Shown piece by piece: positions 37,275-52,200 of a DNA stretch of 64,000 nt. The notes under the pieces were generated by a model. That model saw nothing but the letters and a program-made list of their open reading frames with translations. It had not been told where the DNA came from and searched no databases. Position 1 is the first letter of the stretch, and each line of letters opens with the position of its first letter. The translations under genes were made by a program, and so were the position numbers. This DNA comes from Chrysomallon squamiferum (Eukaryota; Animalia; Mollusca), in assembly GCA_012295275.1 (NCBI GenBank), contig CM022670.1, forward strand, positions 10,850,001-10,914,000, read 5' to 3'.

Positions 37275-38305
37275 GTGACTGTCCGAGACTGAAACGTTTT
37301 GGGGGTAAAGCTACAGAGTATTCCCCTAGAGCTAAGATTAGGAATTTGCTTGGGTAAGGATCAATATCAGGGACTGTAACAGCCAAATATATGTGTGTAT
37401 GTATGTTCATGTGTGTGTGTATGTTCATGTGTGTATGTATATGTATATATAAATAGATATGTGTGTTGTGTGTGTATGTATATATAATATATTTATTGAG
37501 TAAGTAAGTATATCTGTATATGATATAAATTTGCTTTGCTCATATATATAATACAGCAACTGTGATGATTTAGTGACATTTACTGAGAGAAAAAGATTAA
37601 ATGATGTTACCACATATCTTCTAAAGGAGGAATATGTTGTTTACATTGCTGTAGAGTGTTTTGGATATCTATATTCTAATTTATGTTTTATACTGTTAGT
37701 TTTTCTGGATTTTTAACCTACATTATTGTTAGTGGTTTTTACTTCCTAATGTATATTTACTTATCGTAATGAATTTTATCCTGTTAAATATTAGCTCCTA
37801 TTAATTATTTTTAATACTTCATATTTACAAATATATTCTCATATACATTATAAAAAAATATGTTTAGGAAACTGAAAATTAAACTGAAATCACACATTAA
37901 TAAAAAAAAAAGAAAAGAAGAAGAATGTAAGTCATTTATCAAAATTAATGTTTCAGCAAAATTGTTTAATTATAAATAATAAAATATAAAATTTGGAGGT
38001 TATTGTTTTTAACTTGTAGATACAGCCTTCCTTTTGATCGGCATGACTGGATTGTTGATAGATGTGGAAAAGAAGTCCGATACATCATTGATTACTATGA
38101 CGGAGGTGAAGTAGATCCAAGCACCTACAGATTCACTTTACTGGATGTACGACCTGCATTTGATTCTTTTGGGAGTATATGGGATAGGATGAAAGTTGCT
38201 GTGATGCGCTGGCAGATAAATTTCTCAGAGAAAGAAATACCCACTGGTATTCATATTGTAACTCACGAAGAAAGCATGGAAACTAAAACATCAGAGAAAA
38301 CATAA
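35405..38305 (+). CDS. HCCS: Holocytochrome c synthase. Exons 35405-35587, 36461-36611, 36859-36979, ~37270-37353, 38020-38305; probable 5' UTR exon ending at ~34485
   Basis: MG start, two CPM heme-regulatory motifs, [68 protein letters not shown] and LDVRPA. The fourth coding exon lacks an in-frame AG acceptor as assembled. Confidence 0.94.
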
Positions 38306-40076
38306 ATATGTGTGGTGAAAGAGAATAAACTGATATTTAAATAGTAATTGTAATGTTTCTTCTGATCAAAACTTTAGATTATGATTTTAATTTTGATAGT
38401 ATCTTTGATTCTGGACTCAGTCTTTTACACCTCACTGCTAACAAACATCAGATAGGTTGGTTTGTGTTTTTGTTAAAGTAACACAATGTAAACTTCACTG
38501 AATTGATGTTTTGTATAACGGTAATATATCAGAAGAAATATTCCATTTTATAACAAATTTCAGAATTATTTTGATAATAAAAATTATGAGTGAACAAGCG
38601 TGAAAGCTAAGATTTTTAATAAAACATTTTATACCCTCTTTGTCACATAATCAGGAGCTGTTTTCATAAATTATCAGTATTCATGACATTGTCACTTAAT
38701 GATTTACCTACATTAAAAACTATATTTTTTTCTTATTTGAATTGAGTTCTGAAATAAAGATGCAAAAAAACAGTTTTAAAAAATATTTTGTCTAAGCAGC
38801 TAACACACTCCCTGTCAAAAGAATACATACAACAACAGTACAGATTGCCATAGACTTTGCACACTGAGTACAAAACATTGTTTCTTGTAATATATGGTGT
38901 TCTATTTTTGCATTTTTAAGCCTTTGATAAACATGTTTTTCTTATTAAAATTCATTTGTAGAGTTTGCAGAAACTTAATATTATAACTATGTCAAGTGGG
39001 ATGCATTTTTTGACAGTTTTGATGAACTTAAAGCATTTGATTGGAAAAATTATTTTATTTTGACATGAAAAGGACATTTGCTTGTGATAATACCATGAAT
39101 TGCTGATCTTTTGGAATAAGGGAAATACACTTTATTTGAATGTGAAACATTTTCAGTTTTGTGATTTATTTTCTTACATTTTTATCTATGGAATTTTCCA
39201 CTTTATAAAATGCTGTATAATTAGGTATTTATCACACCTAAAAGTTTAAGTTGAATTGTGAATTTTAAATTTGATAAATAAAAGAATATATTTACTGAAC
39301 ATGTATTTTGAAGATGTTTTCAGTAGATGTTCAGAAAAGTAATATTTTATATCAGTTTGTCAAACATGTATTTTGTTTCTCAGTAATGCAGTTATTTTTA
39401 TAAACTAGATTTCTAAAGAGATCAACATTAGAGAAGAAAAAAATAAAAAATATAAAATTCAATTTGTAATTCAGATTTTATATTGATTAAAATTTTGTTA
39501 AACAATACAATTATAATATGTAATTCATGAAAAGTTAAATAAAATATTAATTTACCAAGTCAGCTTTATTGATACTTATCTGTGAACATTTTTTTCTTAT
39601 TTTCAATGAAGTGAAGTTGTAAACTTTTGTCAGTTTATTTTTAGCTGTAACAAGAATGTTTTAAATGCATATAAATAACAAATATGTATATAAAATTTAT
39701 AATAATTTCCATATACAGCATTACCTGTACTTTTTGTTTATTTCTATTCACAGTCCACTAAGTCTAGCTTTATGTTATTTTAATGGTAAGGACTTAATTT
39801 GATTGTTTCAAAACAGATGTTGAAAAATTTTCATTCCTAAACCATTATTAATTGACACAATTTTAGATTCTATAGAAACCAAAACAAGAAAAAAAACTAA
39901 ACAAAAATATCAGTAACAAAGTTTTATTATAGTTTATATAATAAAAACATTTTTATAAAATACATTATAACAGTAAAAAATTTTGTGCAAGTATACACTT
40001 AATAAAAACAGGAATGGTGATGGTATATGATACACATGTCATTATAAAAAGTGTCATTGTATTGCCTTCCTCACAT

Positions 40077-41918
<1,842 letters not shown>

Positions 41919-41999
41919 TCAACTAACTTATATTAAAACAATCTGCAACTGTCCTGCTTCGCTCCGGTGGGAGGTGTGTCTGAATCAATTTACGCTCGT

Positions 42000-42086
42000 C
42001 TATTTATATCGTTACAACGTGATCCCACTTCCAAGAAAACGCTGATTTACTTTCCAAATAAGGACATACAGTTATACCAAATATGG
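42000..42086 (-). promoter_or_regulatory. Actin core promoter: TATA box and two CArG (SRF) boxes
   Basis: Minus-strand TATAAATAG at 42008-42000, about 100 bp upstream of the ATG. Perfect CC(A/T)6GG boxes CCAAATAAGG at 42054-42063 and CCAAATATGG at 42077-42086. Confidence 0.85.
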
Positions 42087-42328
42087 ACTTACTCCCAAGG
42101 CAAAAATGTGTCACCCATTTTATCATTATGAACATATCAGCAATTTTACCGGAGAACAATGACTTATAATCAGATTAACATCGACGTCAGATATTTATCT
42201 GCTTGTTCATCGTGGACTTATTTAGGCATTTACACATATTCACCATACGTAGTAGCCTATAAATGTACATACTTCCTCACATCTGCTGATAAAAGTATCG
42301 CGACTTTTTTTTTTTTTTGTTAACTAAT

Positions 42329-42363
<35 letters not shown>

Positions 42364-43299
42364 TTTCAGTCTTTTATTTGTTTGTTGATTGATTGTTTGG
42401 AATATTTATTTCGTTTTTATTATCAAGAGATATCTTATTTAACAATTAATTAATTAATTATTTATTTATTTGTGAATGTCGGTTATTTATTTGTTGACTC
42501 TTTGATTTATTTATTCATTTTATATATGTATATAATCGAGGTATCTTATTAATCAATTAAACTTTATTTATTTATTTATTTGTTAACAAGGTATGCGGTG
42601 GGACAACTATTTAAGTACGTCAATTAATAACTTTTGAAAGTTATTTCTAAAAACTAAACAGTAACATAAATTAAATAATAATAACAATTACTACAACCAC
42701 TACTACAAAAATAAAAAAATAAAAATAAAAAGTTGACACCTCCGTTTGCCTACTACACACTGCAGGCGCTATATAACAAGTTCCGCATTTTTTAATATTT
42801 TTTAATGGGCGTGACTCGTATTTCTTACTCGCCTACTCTGTTATAATACACACAGGATGATTAGGTTACAAAATAAACACTCTTAGTAATTTAATGATTT
42901 AGTGAATGATGACCAGTGTTGGTAATTTGAATTTTATATACTAACTGCAATGGTAGCCAAACTGATTATGAGAAAATTATGGTTTTTTTTTTTTTTTTTA
43001 TTGTAAAACTTTTATATTAGCTTTTTGGGAATGTAATAAATGCAATTCATATGAGACAGAGACGGAAAAAGTTAACTCCAGATTGTTGAATATTTATTTA
43101 TTATTTTATTTTGACACCATGACTATAAAATAATTTTATCACGTATTACATTCGCACTGTGATATGCTAGAACGTTGACAGAAAAAAAAAAAAAAAACAA
43201 CAGATAATGTAAATATAAACTAAATCTAAAAAGACTAATGTTTTATTTTATTTTATTTTTTATTATTATTATTATTATCTTACTGTTATTTAGTTATCT

Positions 43300-43334
<35 letters not shown>

Positions 43335-43895
43335 GCAAGTATTTTATTTATTTATTTATTATTTTAAACAGTATCACAGATAGGAAATCACATAGCACAG
43401 CCTGTGATATATCAGTTGTATGACAGTGGCTAATAACGTGGAATATCTCACTGAAATTGCTGATGACTGATTACACAACAAGAACGCTTCAGGCAAAACT
43501 GTTATCCAGTACATTTATAAGGTCACATTATTATAATTTTAGAGAAGTATAAAATTATAAATTCAAACACACAAAGAAAGAAAGAAAGAAAGAAATATAA
43601 ATATAACCACAAACGTGTACTGTTTTAAACATATCTAGACGCTACCATTTTCCTGTAATTTTTGTCTATACGTCATCATGCACAGGATGGACCAATTTGC
43701 TCTAACGTTACTTTAGGGTTTGCCAAACAAATTACAGTTACCGGTTGGCCACGTGCGCTATGATGTCACAACTCCAGATACTTAATTATGAGCAATGACA
43801 GTTCGCCCAAAACCATTTTTTTTTTTTTTTTCTTCTTTTTTTTTTTTTTTCAAACTAGTTTTTATGGGGTTTTGGATTTTTTGTATCCAGTGGAT

Positions 43896-43931
<36 letters not shown>

Positions 43932-44274
43932 CCATTTAATAATGCAGTAATTTTGATACTTATACTGTTATAAAGAATCTAGGAACAGCCACTTAAGTGT
44001 GGTGACAAATAGCAGGATGGGCTGACTTACAATTTGAACACGTTTAATGCCCAAACAACCGGTGTTCACAAACAAGGTCGTTTGACATTGAAGTGTTTAC
44101 CGGCATATTGCGGAAGAAAGCAAATACATTCCTGTTGATAAATCATTTCTGGTTTTCAACTGATAAAACGAGAAGAATTCGAAATAACCGATTTTCGGTA
44201 GTAGCATAAGGGTTAAATTTATTTCTCTATGTATATATTACTGGAATAGACGTAAAAAGCCCAAAGATTATATA

Positions 44275-44952
44275 CAGTGATACCTTGAATTGCGAGTTTT
44301 CCGAGTTTCGAGCAGTTGGCCGGGCGATATTTTGCTTTGAGTTACGAGCCAAAAATCCGAGTTACGAGGTAGTTGTCGCAATGAACAACTCAACATCCTC
44401 CCAGCATCCCGCGTCTCACTTGTTTGCTTCATGTGGTTACCTCGCCATGGAAGCATCTCTGTTGTGTTGTGCTGTTTTTTTGACAAATGTCCATGGATCC
44501 TAAAAAAATGAGTCCAAAGGAGAATGCTGAGAAGAACAAGTGGATGATATCCATTGAATTAACGTTAGAAATACAGAGTTGATTTGGCGTATATACGTTG
44601 ATTTGGCTTGAAGCAGAAAAGTCAGTAAAGGCTATAAGCATAAAGGCGTTAAAATAATTTCTAAGCTGATGAAAAGATGGACCAACTTTACTGAAGCAAA
44701 AGGCGTTCAGGCTTTGGGTTTCTCCATCTTTTCAGCGAAAGGCGTTAAAAATTTTTTAACGCTGCGGGCCTCTGTCCATGAAAAGATGGAGAAACCCTAA
44801 CCCTGTAAGTACTTTATAAAACAATTTATTTTTTACATTCTCCTTTGCTTTGTTTTTATACAATATTTATCATTTATAAATACATTTTTCTTATTTAAAA
44901 ACACCTTATACGGCCACGGAAATAATTAAACTCGTAAGTCAAGGTACCACTG
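44275..44952 (+). mobile_element. Non-autonomous pogo/Tigger-type (Tc1/mariner superfamily) DNA transposon with a transposase 5' remnant
   Basis: TA on both flanks (44273-44274, 44953-44954). Terminal inverted repeats cagtgataccttgaattgcgag vs reverse-complemented right end cagtggtaccttgacttacgag (19/22 match). Internal remnant MDPKKMSPKENAEKNKWMISIEL from 44493, plus KGVKIISK and SVHEKMEK fragments resembling Tigger transposase N-termini. Confidence 0.85.
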
Positions 44953-45203
44953 TATTTTTTATTTTAAATAACCGCATTGAACGACTGTTACATCTGGGAG
45001 ATGGAATTTTAGTGTTCACTACATTTATAAATATATCAAACCTGAAAAGAATATGCAAAAAACTAGGAATGTACCTATCACTTCTTTATTTTGTTTTTAG
45101 GAGACTCGACCGTAATTGTTCTTGGTTTCATGCTTAATGTATTTTGACACTGTCAGAGAAACGGTATTACAATGAAGTACTTCCCATTCACAGAAAGGCT
45201 AAC

Positions 45204-45625
45204 CAGCGTTTCTCATCCTAGGTTCCCCGGAACCTAGATTCCTCGAGAAACACGGACAGATAGGCTAATGTATTTTAGACTAATTTAGGGCTATACACGT
45301 ACTGCATTTTCTTCAAACATCATTTGATTTTTTATAATAAAGATTTCAATTTTTTATATTAATTAAATTTATGATAATCATAGGTAATACATTTAGCTAT
45401 GTCACTGGGGCAATATTGTCAATAAATTTATCAAAAAGGGAGTAATTATTTTTTTTCTTTAAACCGGTTATCTGAAAAAAACACACAAAAAAACTACATC
45501 ATATCACAAAAATATGAAAAAAGAAAGATATTAATAATGGTACATAATATTTTTTATGCAGTGGTTCCCTAAGACAAGAAAACTATTTCATGGGTTCCAT
45601 AAAGTAAAAAGGTTGAAAAACGTAG
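45204..45625. mobile_element. Probable hAT (Charlie-like) MITE
   Basis: Imperfect terminal inverted repeats cagcgtttctcatcct and aggttgaaaaacgtag (12/16 match). Subterminal ggttcc motifs at both ends. Flanks ggctaac and ggctatac resemble a decayed 8-bp target-site duplication. Confidence 0.55.
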
Positions 45626-45820
45626 GGCTATACTTTGATGTACTACTTTCTTCCTGTAGATATGATTAATAATCTAGAAATATAGATGCTGGCACAAGGT
45701 AAATAAATGTATTCAGTGCTGAGAAGAAAGGTAGCAACATTAATTGGCTACTATGAAAAAATAATCAGAGAAACAACATAAAACACTAAACAGTATTAAG
45801 ATCACCGTTTTACCATGATC

Positions 45821-46147
45821 AATTTTATTATCTTCCACTGATTAACAGCAATACTGCTCTTATCTTTTTTAAATCATGAAATATATTTCATATTAATTTA
45901 AAATTAGTTTTTTTCTGTTAACAAAATGTTTTAAAATATCAACATATGAGGTGTTTTCCATCAGTGAAATGTTAAGACATCACTGTCTTACTGTCATCTA
46001 TTTTATTATCTTCTATAAAACATCTTAACAGCAGTACTGCATTGTTACTAGAACTTTTTTCTTTCCTTTTAAGTAATGAAATACAAATTTTAAAATTTCG
46101 ACAACTGATGTGTTTTCCATCAGTGAAATGTTAAGATGTCACTGGCT
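45821..46147. repeat. Degenerate ~160-bp tandem duplication downstream of the PPWD1 stop
   Basis: gtgttttccatcagtgaaatgttaaga occurs at ~45951 and ~46110. ttttattatcttc..ttaacagca.tactgc occurs at ~45822 and ~46001. Confidence 0.65.
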
Positions 46148-46232
46148 GCTGTATCATCGTATACCAATGAGCATTTGTGTTATTTTTGTCCTTGTTTCAT
46201 CATCTTCCTCCTGACGAGTGTTTCATTTTGCT

Positions 46233-49200
46233 CTATTTTACTGTAACACTGATTATTCTAATTTCATCGTGAGGCTTGTCAGTTTTAGGGTTTGTTTTCA
46301 CATTGCTGATCGCCTGACACACTTCCATTCCCTTCACAACTCTGCCAAATACAGTGTGCTTGTTATCCAGCCAAGGCTGAAATTAAAAAAGATATATAAA
46401 TTAATGATATTAAATAATAGACAATATTGAAAAAATTAAAAAATTAAAAAGACCACTATGTCAATTATTTTTAACAAGTTCATTTCATTAAAAGTATGAA
46501 ATTAATGTGTCAGATACACATATATGTAGTTCTGTTGTTGTTGTTTTTTTTCTTCTTTATGTCTGTATATACACTTTGTTCTATATCGGTCTACAATCTC
46601 TAACATCAAACATAATATAATCCAGCTTGCAGAGATTTCTAAATAAATGTTTTCAGCATACACTGGATTTTTCGAATATTATTTTTGTCTCTATCATTTT
46701 AAAATACTTTTTCTATCTTTGTTTATAAAAATACTTACAGTTGGCACAACAGTAATAAAAAACTGTGATCCATTTGTGTTTGGTCCTGCATTAGCCATAC
46801 TCAGAGTGTACGGACGGTCGTGTCTGAGGGAGGGGTGTAATTCATCTTCAAACTCGCCTCCCCAGATGGATTCTCCGCCCGTTCCATTACCTGTTGATTA
46901 AAGCAATCAAACTTGATTTTGTTGTCAGACAGAATTTTATATTCAACCAGTTATGCTATATTTTATAAGACTTTACGTGTGTCTGTGAGTGTTTGTGGAG
47001 AAGAGGTAGCCACAGTTTATTTATGTAACTAAATTATTTATTTAAAAACAAGGTTATATGAATTCGGATATAATCAAAATAACACCCTGTCTGTCATCCA
47101 GTTTAACTTCTGGTTATACATTATTTACTTATATACTGTAAGCCAAATATGACTTAATTACTGTAATTAATACAGTTATTACCTAAAATACAAAAGGTCT
47201 AACAAAAAAAAAAAAAAAAAAAAAAAGCATTATTTTTAATTCATGATAAAAGAAAAAGAACTTATCTACAGAAAGGATAATCATATTTTTTTTCAAATAA
47301 TGACTAATTAATTTTGCACATTTTTTATACAAATTTGTATGTGTTAAATAAATGAATTATTAATTCACAAATAAAATAATTTTATGATGTATAAAAAAAT
47401 TTTTTTTAATTTTATATATTTGAAGCCATACCAAGTGGATCTCCTGTCTGAAGCATGAAACCTTTGATAACTCTGTGAAATATGTGTCCATTGAAGTAGC
47501 CATTTCGTCCATGAACACAAAAGTTTTCCACAGTTTTGGGCATCTAAGAAATAATTAGTTTTATTTAAAATCATAATATGGCTTGAATCAACAAGAATTA
47601 AGTTCCAAACATTATATAATTGGAGGTATAATAAATTGTAAAATAAGACTAATTATAAAAATCTATAACAAATGGGTACAATAACACAATAAGGGGCGAT
47701 AATCAATGTTACATGAAAATACGCTGCAAAGTATTAGTATTTATTATTTATTCTTTGTTATTCCAAATGCAGTTATTATGAAGCTGATACCAGTTATATC
47801 TTTTAACACCACCAGATTCATTTGTATAAACATTTAAAAAATCAGTTCTTTTTGAATACTGTACTAGAAGTGTTCTACAAAACAAGATTTGTTGGCTTTA
47901 AACCTTTTACATCTGAAGTGTGTTAAACAGTTGAAAGTCTACTTTGTACTATAGCAGATTTAAAAAAAGAACCATACTCTTTAGGGAAGAGTTTGCAGTG
48001 CATGTCTCCCAGTGTGGTGTGAATGATACAGGAATCAGAGACACGTGTGTAAGATGCATCCTGAAATAACAAACAGATTAGATTACTGATGCATAGCTTC
48101 ATAAAGAATAACTGTTTACAAATATCAATCCTTAACCAGAAATAAAATAAAAATGCTGTTAAAGCTTTAAATTATTCAGATTCTAAAACATATCCTAACA
48201 GTGAAAAGAAAATGAGCCAGTTACTAAAGTAAGAATGATATTATTCAGCAACCTTTGAACAGAAATGAAAGATATCTGAAAGAGAGCTTTCCAAAACCCT
48301 TGTTGTCTGTAACAGAAATCAAGAGAGTTTAAACACAGTGTACACCATCACTTTCATTCGTGATATGCATAATACTGCCTAAACTAAAGAGAAGCTGTTA
48401 TAAAATAATTAATTTTAACTGTTGTACTAACTGAAGTCATACCTGAGTGGCTGCCACCACTTCTTCTTTAGAAGGTTTCTCATTGAACACATCTCTTTCT
48501 GTGTCTGTGCTGTAAAAATACTTTCAAATGTTACTCTCATGCGAAAACCATTATTCAAAGTTGCAAATTAACTGTAACAGCCAAAAACTAATGCATACAA
48601 CACTAACGCTACATAAAAACATTCTGTAAAGCATTTAATATAAATGTGTTTTGGCATCTAAAAGTATAACTACATTTTGTTTCTCTAATTTATTAGTTGT
48701 GATATACATTTTTTTTTTTTACTAATAACACACTGTGTTACCTTTTAGTGTCGTCTGGTTCACGCCTTGTGAACATATAAAACCTGTTCTTTTTGAATGC
48801 TGTGCAAAAGAGGGTGGGATCAAGATTAACATTCTGTAAAATGGGATTGTTAGCTGCAACCATTTCCACATCAATGGTGGGCTTTGTATTTTTTCTCTGA
48901 TACAGCGCCAGATGAACGAATCTACAATTTTCAGGTTTACCCAGGATTCTCATCAGTCGATTTGTATGAAGATTTAACACTGCAAAAGACGAAAAAAAGA
49001 AAGGGAACTTAACTATAAAGTAATTATAGTGGATATTAATTTATTAAAACTATAAACAAATATGACAAATGATAGTTTAAATGTTGTTCACCTTATTTAA
49101 CACTATTTTTTTTAAATATCTATTAATATTTTTTATAAACTAATTTAAAAGAATAGAAAAAAAAGAATGGACTTCATTCTTTAAAGGGGATTTTTGTAAT

Positions 49201-52200
49201 TATGTTTTCTTAACAGCTAATTACTGACTTTATTCAAACAAAAGTGACCAATATCTGTTTGCCAAACAAATAAACAGTTTCTACATACCTTTGACACCCA
49301 ACATTGTGGCATAAAGAAGGAAATTACCACTTTCATCAAAAACTGAAAAACCAAAATAGTTTTGCATTCTCTATTACTATATCAGTAAGAAGACATAATA
49401 TTAGAATTATGTAAATAATATGAAAAAAAAGAAATGAAAGAACTCAAACCAAAACTTTTAGCAATATAATAAATTAATTAAATAAAAACAGAAGGTCTAA
49501 AATAAAGGAAGACTGTAAAAATGAATACTCGAATGTCTGTTTATAAAATTTCAACATGTTTATATATTAATGGTTTAGCTGTCAAAACTCCTTCAGAGAG
49601 AGGAAACTCAAAGCTACCCTTACATTAAATCATTAATATTAATAATACATTTTCTTTCATTAAGAGCGTAATATGATTTTGTATTACAGTATTTAAGTAC
49701 AACTAGTGGAAACAGTCAATAGTGATTTTAAATGTGTCAGATAAAAGAAACATTTCAAATGTTACTGATTTGTTCTGATTATTAAATATGGAGTTAGTAT
49801 AAACAACTGAAATCTGTTACAATTAAAAGAAATTCTAATGAAAAAAATCAAATCTGTTTCTATGACTGCAAAACTTAGTTTTACCTAAATTACAGTGTGA
49901 AAAATATTCTGATTTTTCAAAATCTCTTTCTAATGCCAATCTTCTTCCAAACTCCATATTCGGTAACTGCTGTTTATCCTATGAAAATAATTTAAAAAAT
50001 TTAAACCTTCAGATGTCATTTTTTTGTTTGTAAAATGCATACTGATTACATTTAAACCACATTTATTTTTTCTAGCTGGAAAATACATTTAATGTGAAAT
50101 GAATAAAAATAAAAATAAATAAATTACCTGTTGAAGTTGTGTGAAATGTTTCAGAGATTCATCCAACACTTTGCTCAGTTTGCCAGTTACAAATTTGAAT
50201 ATTCTCACCTGAAATAAAGTTTGGCACAAATCAAAAACAACACAAAATAAATAAAAAAAAAACAAAATATATCACTCAGGTTGTATTTGTTTGCTGCCAC
50301 ATATCCAGATAAAATTAGTTAGAACATTATCACTTAACATAGTATACGAAGAATAAGTAGTAAATGTAAGTAGGTGGTTTAAAAGGTTACCGGACCTGTA
50401 ACTGTAGAATCATTTGTTAATCAGCTGTAAAAATGATTTTAGTAATCAAGTTGTTGATAAGGATTTGCCAATGATCAATCAGATTTAATTATTATATAAC
50501 CAAAAACAAAAATTACAGTTTATTCATGAAAAATATACAAAATATAGCTTGGTTAGATAAACCTTAGTGGTGTTTATTTATTTTTATTTTTTCTGCAAGC
50601 AATGCTACCCCAAAGTTCAGGATTGAGAATCCTCATAAATGACATGATTTTTTCTTTTTGATTTTATAGAACACAACCAATTACCATATATTAATGTATT
50701 TAACATTTTTCTTATAAAACACATTTAAAAGTTTAATACTCAAGACATATTTGTATTGTTAATAAAACTCCTTTACCTTCCTGTCTGTTGCCAAAGTTGC
50801 CATTAATTTTCCATTATGAGAAAATGCAACACTCACTGGTATTGTTTTACACTGCAAAAAAAAAAAAAAAAATAAAATAAATAAATAAATAAATGAAAAA
50901 TAATAATAATAATAAATAAAAAATAAAATAAAAAATAAAATAAATAAATAAAATCAGATAGTGAAATACTTTAATGCTCTTTTGGTTTGCTGTTTATCAA
51001 ATTACAAACCTGCAAAGCAGAAGCTATAATAATACTTGTCAAAATTAAAAATTAAAATAATTATCACTTAATACCAGTCAGTACATTGTTCAGTTTATAT
51101 TTGTTAAAAAACAAAAAACAAAAAACAAACCTTCACAAATTCATAAAGATCAGTATCAAGTTTGTAAGACCACTGGACACTTTTAGGAAACTGGTAGTCA
51201 GTCTTTGGCCCTGTCCAGTATTCCAGCATTCCACTTGTGTCGACAGAAACAGCAACCTCAAATACAGGGTTATACTGAAAACATAATTACACAATAAATT
51301 GTTTGTTGAACCAAACAAGTGGAAAAATACTGAAAATCAGTCCTGTCAAATTTATGTTGACTAACTGAATTAAAGTCTAGATTTAAATGGAATTGTTATA
51401 TTTGAATATATATTTTTAGTAACATTTTTAATGTCTGTATGAGCATTTTTGAAAGAAATAACTGGCAGCAGTAATACCAGTATTAGAAATGTGAGAACTG
51501 CTTTAATGTGAATGTGTTTAAATTGTAACAATATAGATGTGATGTTTTTATGTTAATCTTTCAGTTTCATCTAGTAATTAAATATTAAAACATATTTAAA
51601 TTATCTGTAGTCAAAAAAACCCACAAAAATCTTTACAGGTAATTAAAGACAGGTTCTGACTTTGTTAAATTCTAAAATCATTTCATACTGAAAAACAAAT
51701 AATTTGTGGAGGATTATACACACATTTTACTCATACATAAACATATATTTTTAAAAATCTTTTAAACTGCTATTTTACTCATACTGTTTTTTCACCGATG
51801 TTGAAACCACTCCATGGCAGAGTTAATTAAAAGTTTAATTAATAAAAAGAAATAAAATTAAAAAATAACCTTTATTAATGTCACTGGTTTGTGGTGTAAT
51901 CTGTCCAGGGTGTGCAGAGGTGTTGCATTTCCCTTACCATCATAGACTCGGATAACAGAACTTTCCTTCTCTGAGCTACAAACAAACATTAAAAGTGATT
52001 TTAGGTATTATTACCATCATCAAGCTGTTTCGACATTTTATTTATTTATTGTAAATACAACAAACTGATGATAGTTTAAACATTACAATCATATGAGTAA
52101 ATAATACAGACTCTCACTCACAATTAATACAGTTGTTAGTCATCTGCATTTTACATACATTTACTAGATTTGATGAAAATCAGATATATTAAAGTAAAAC

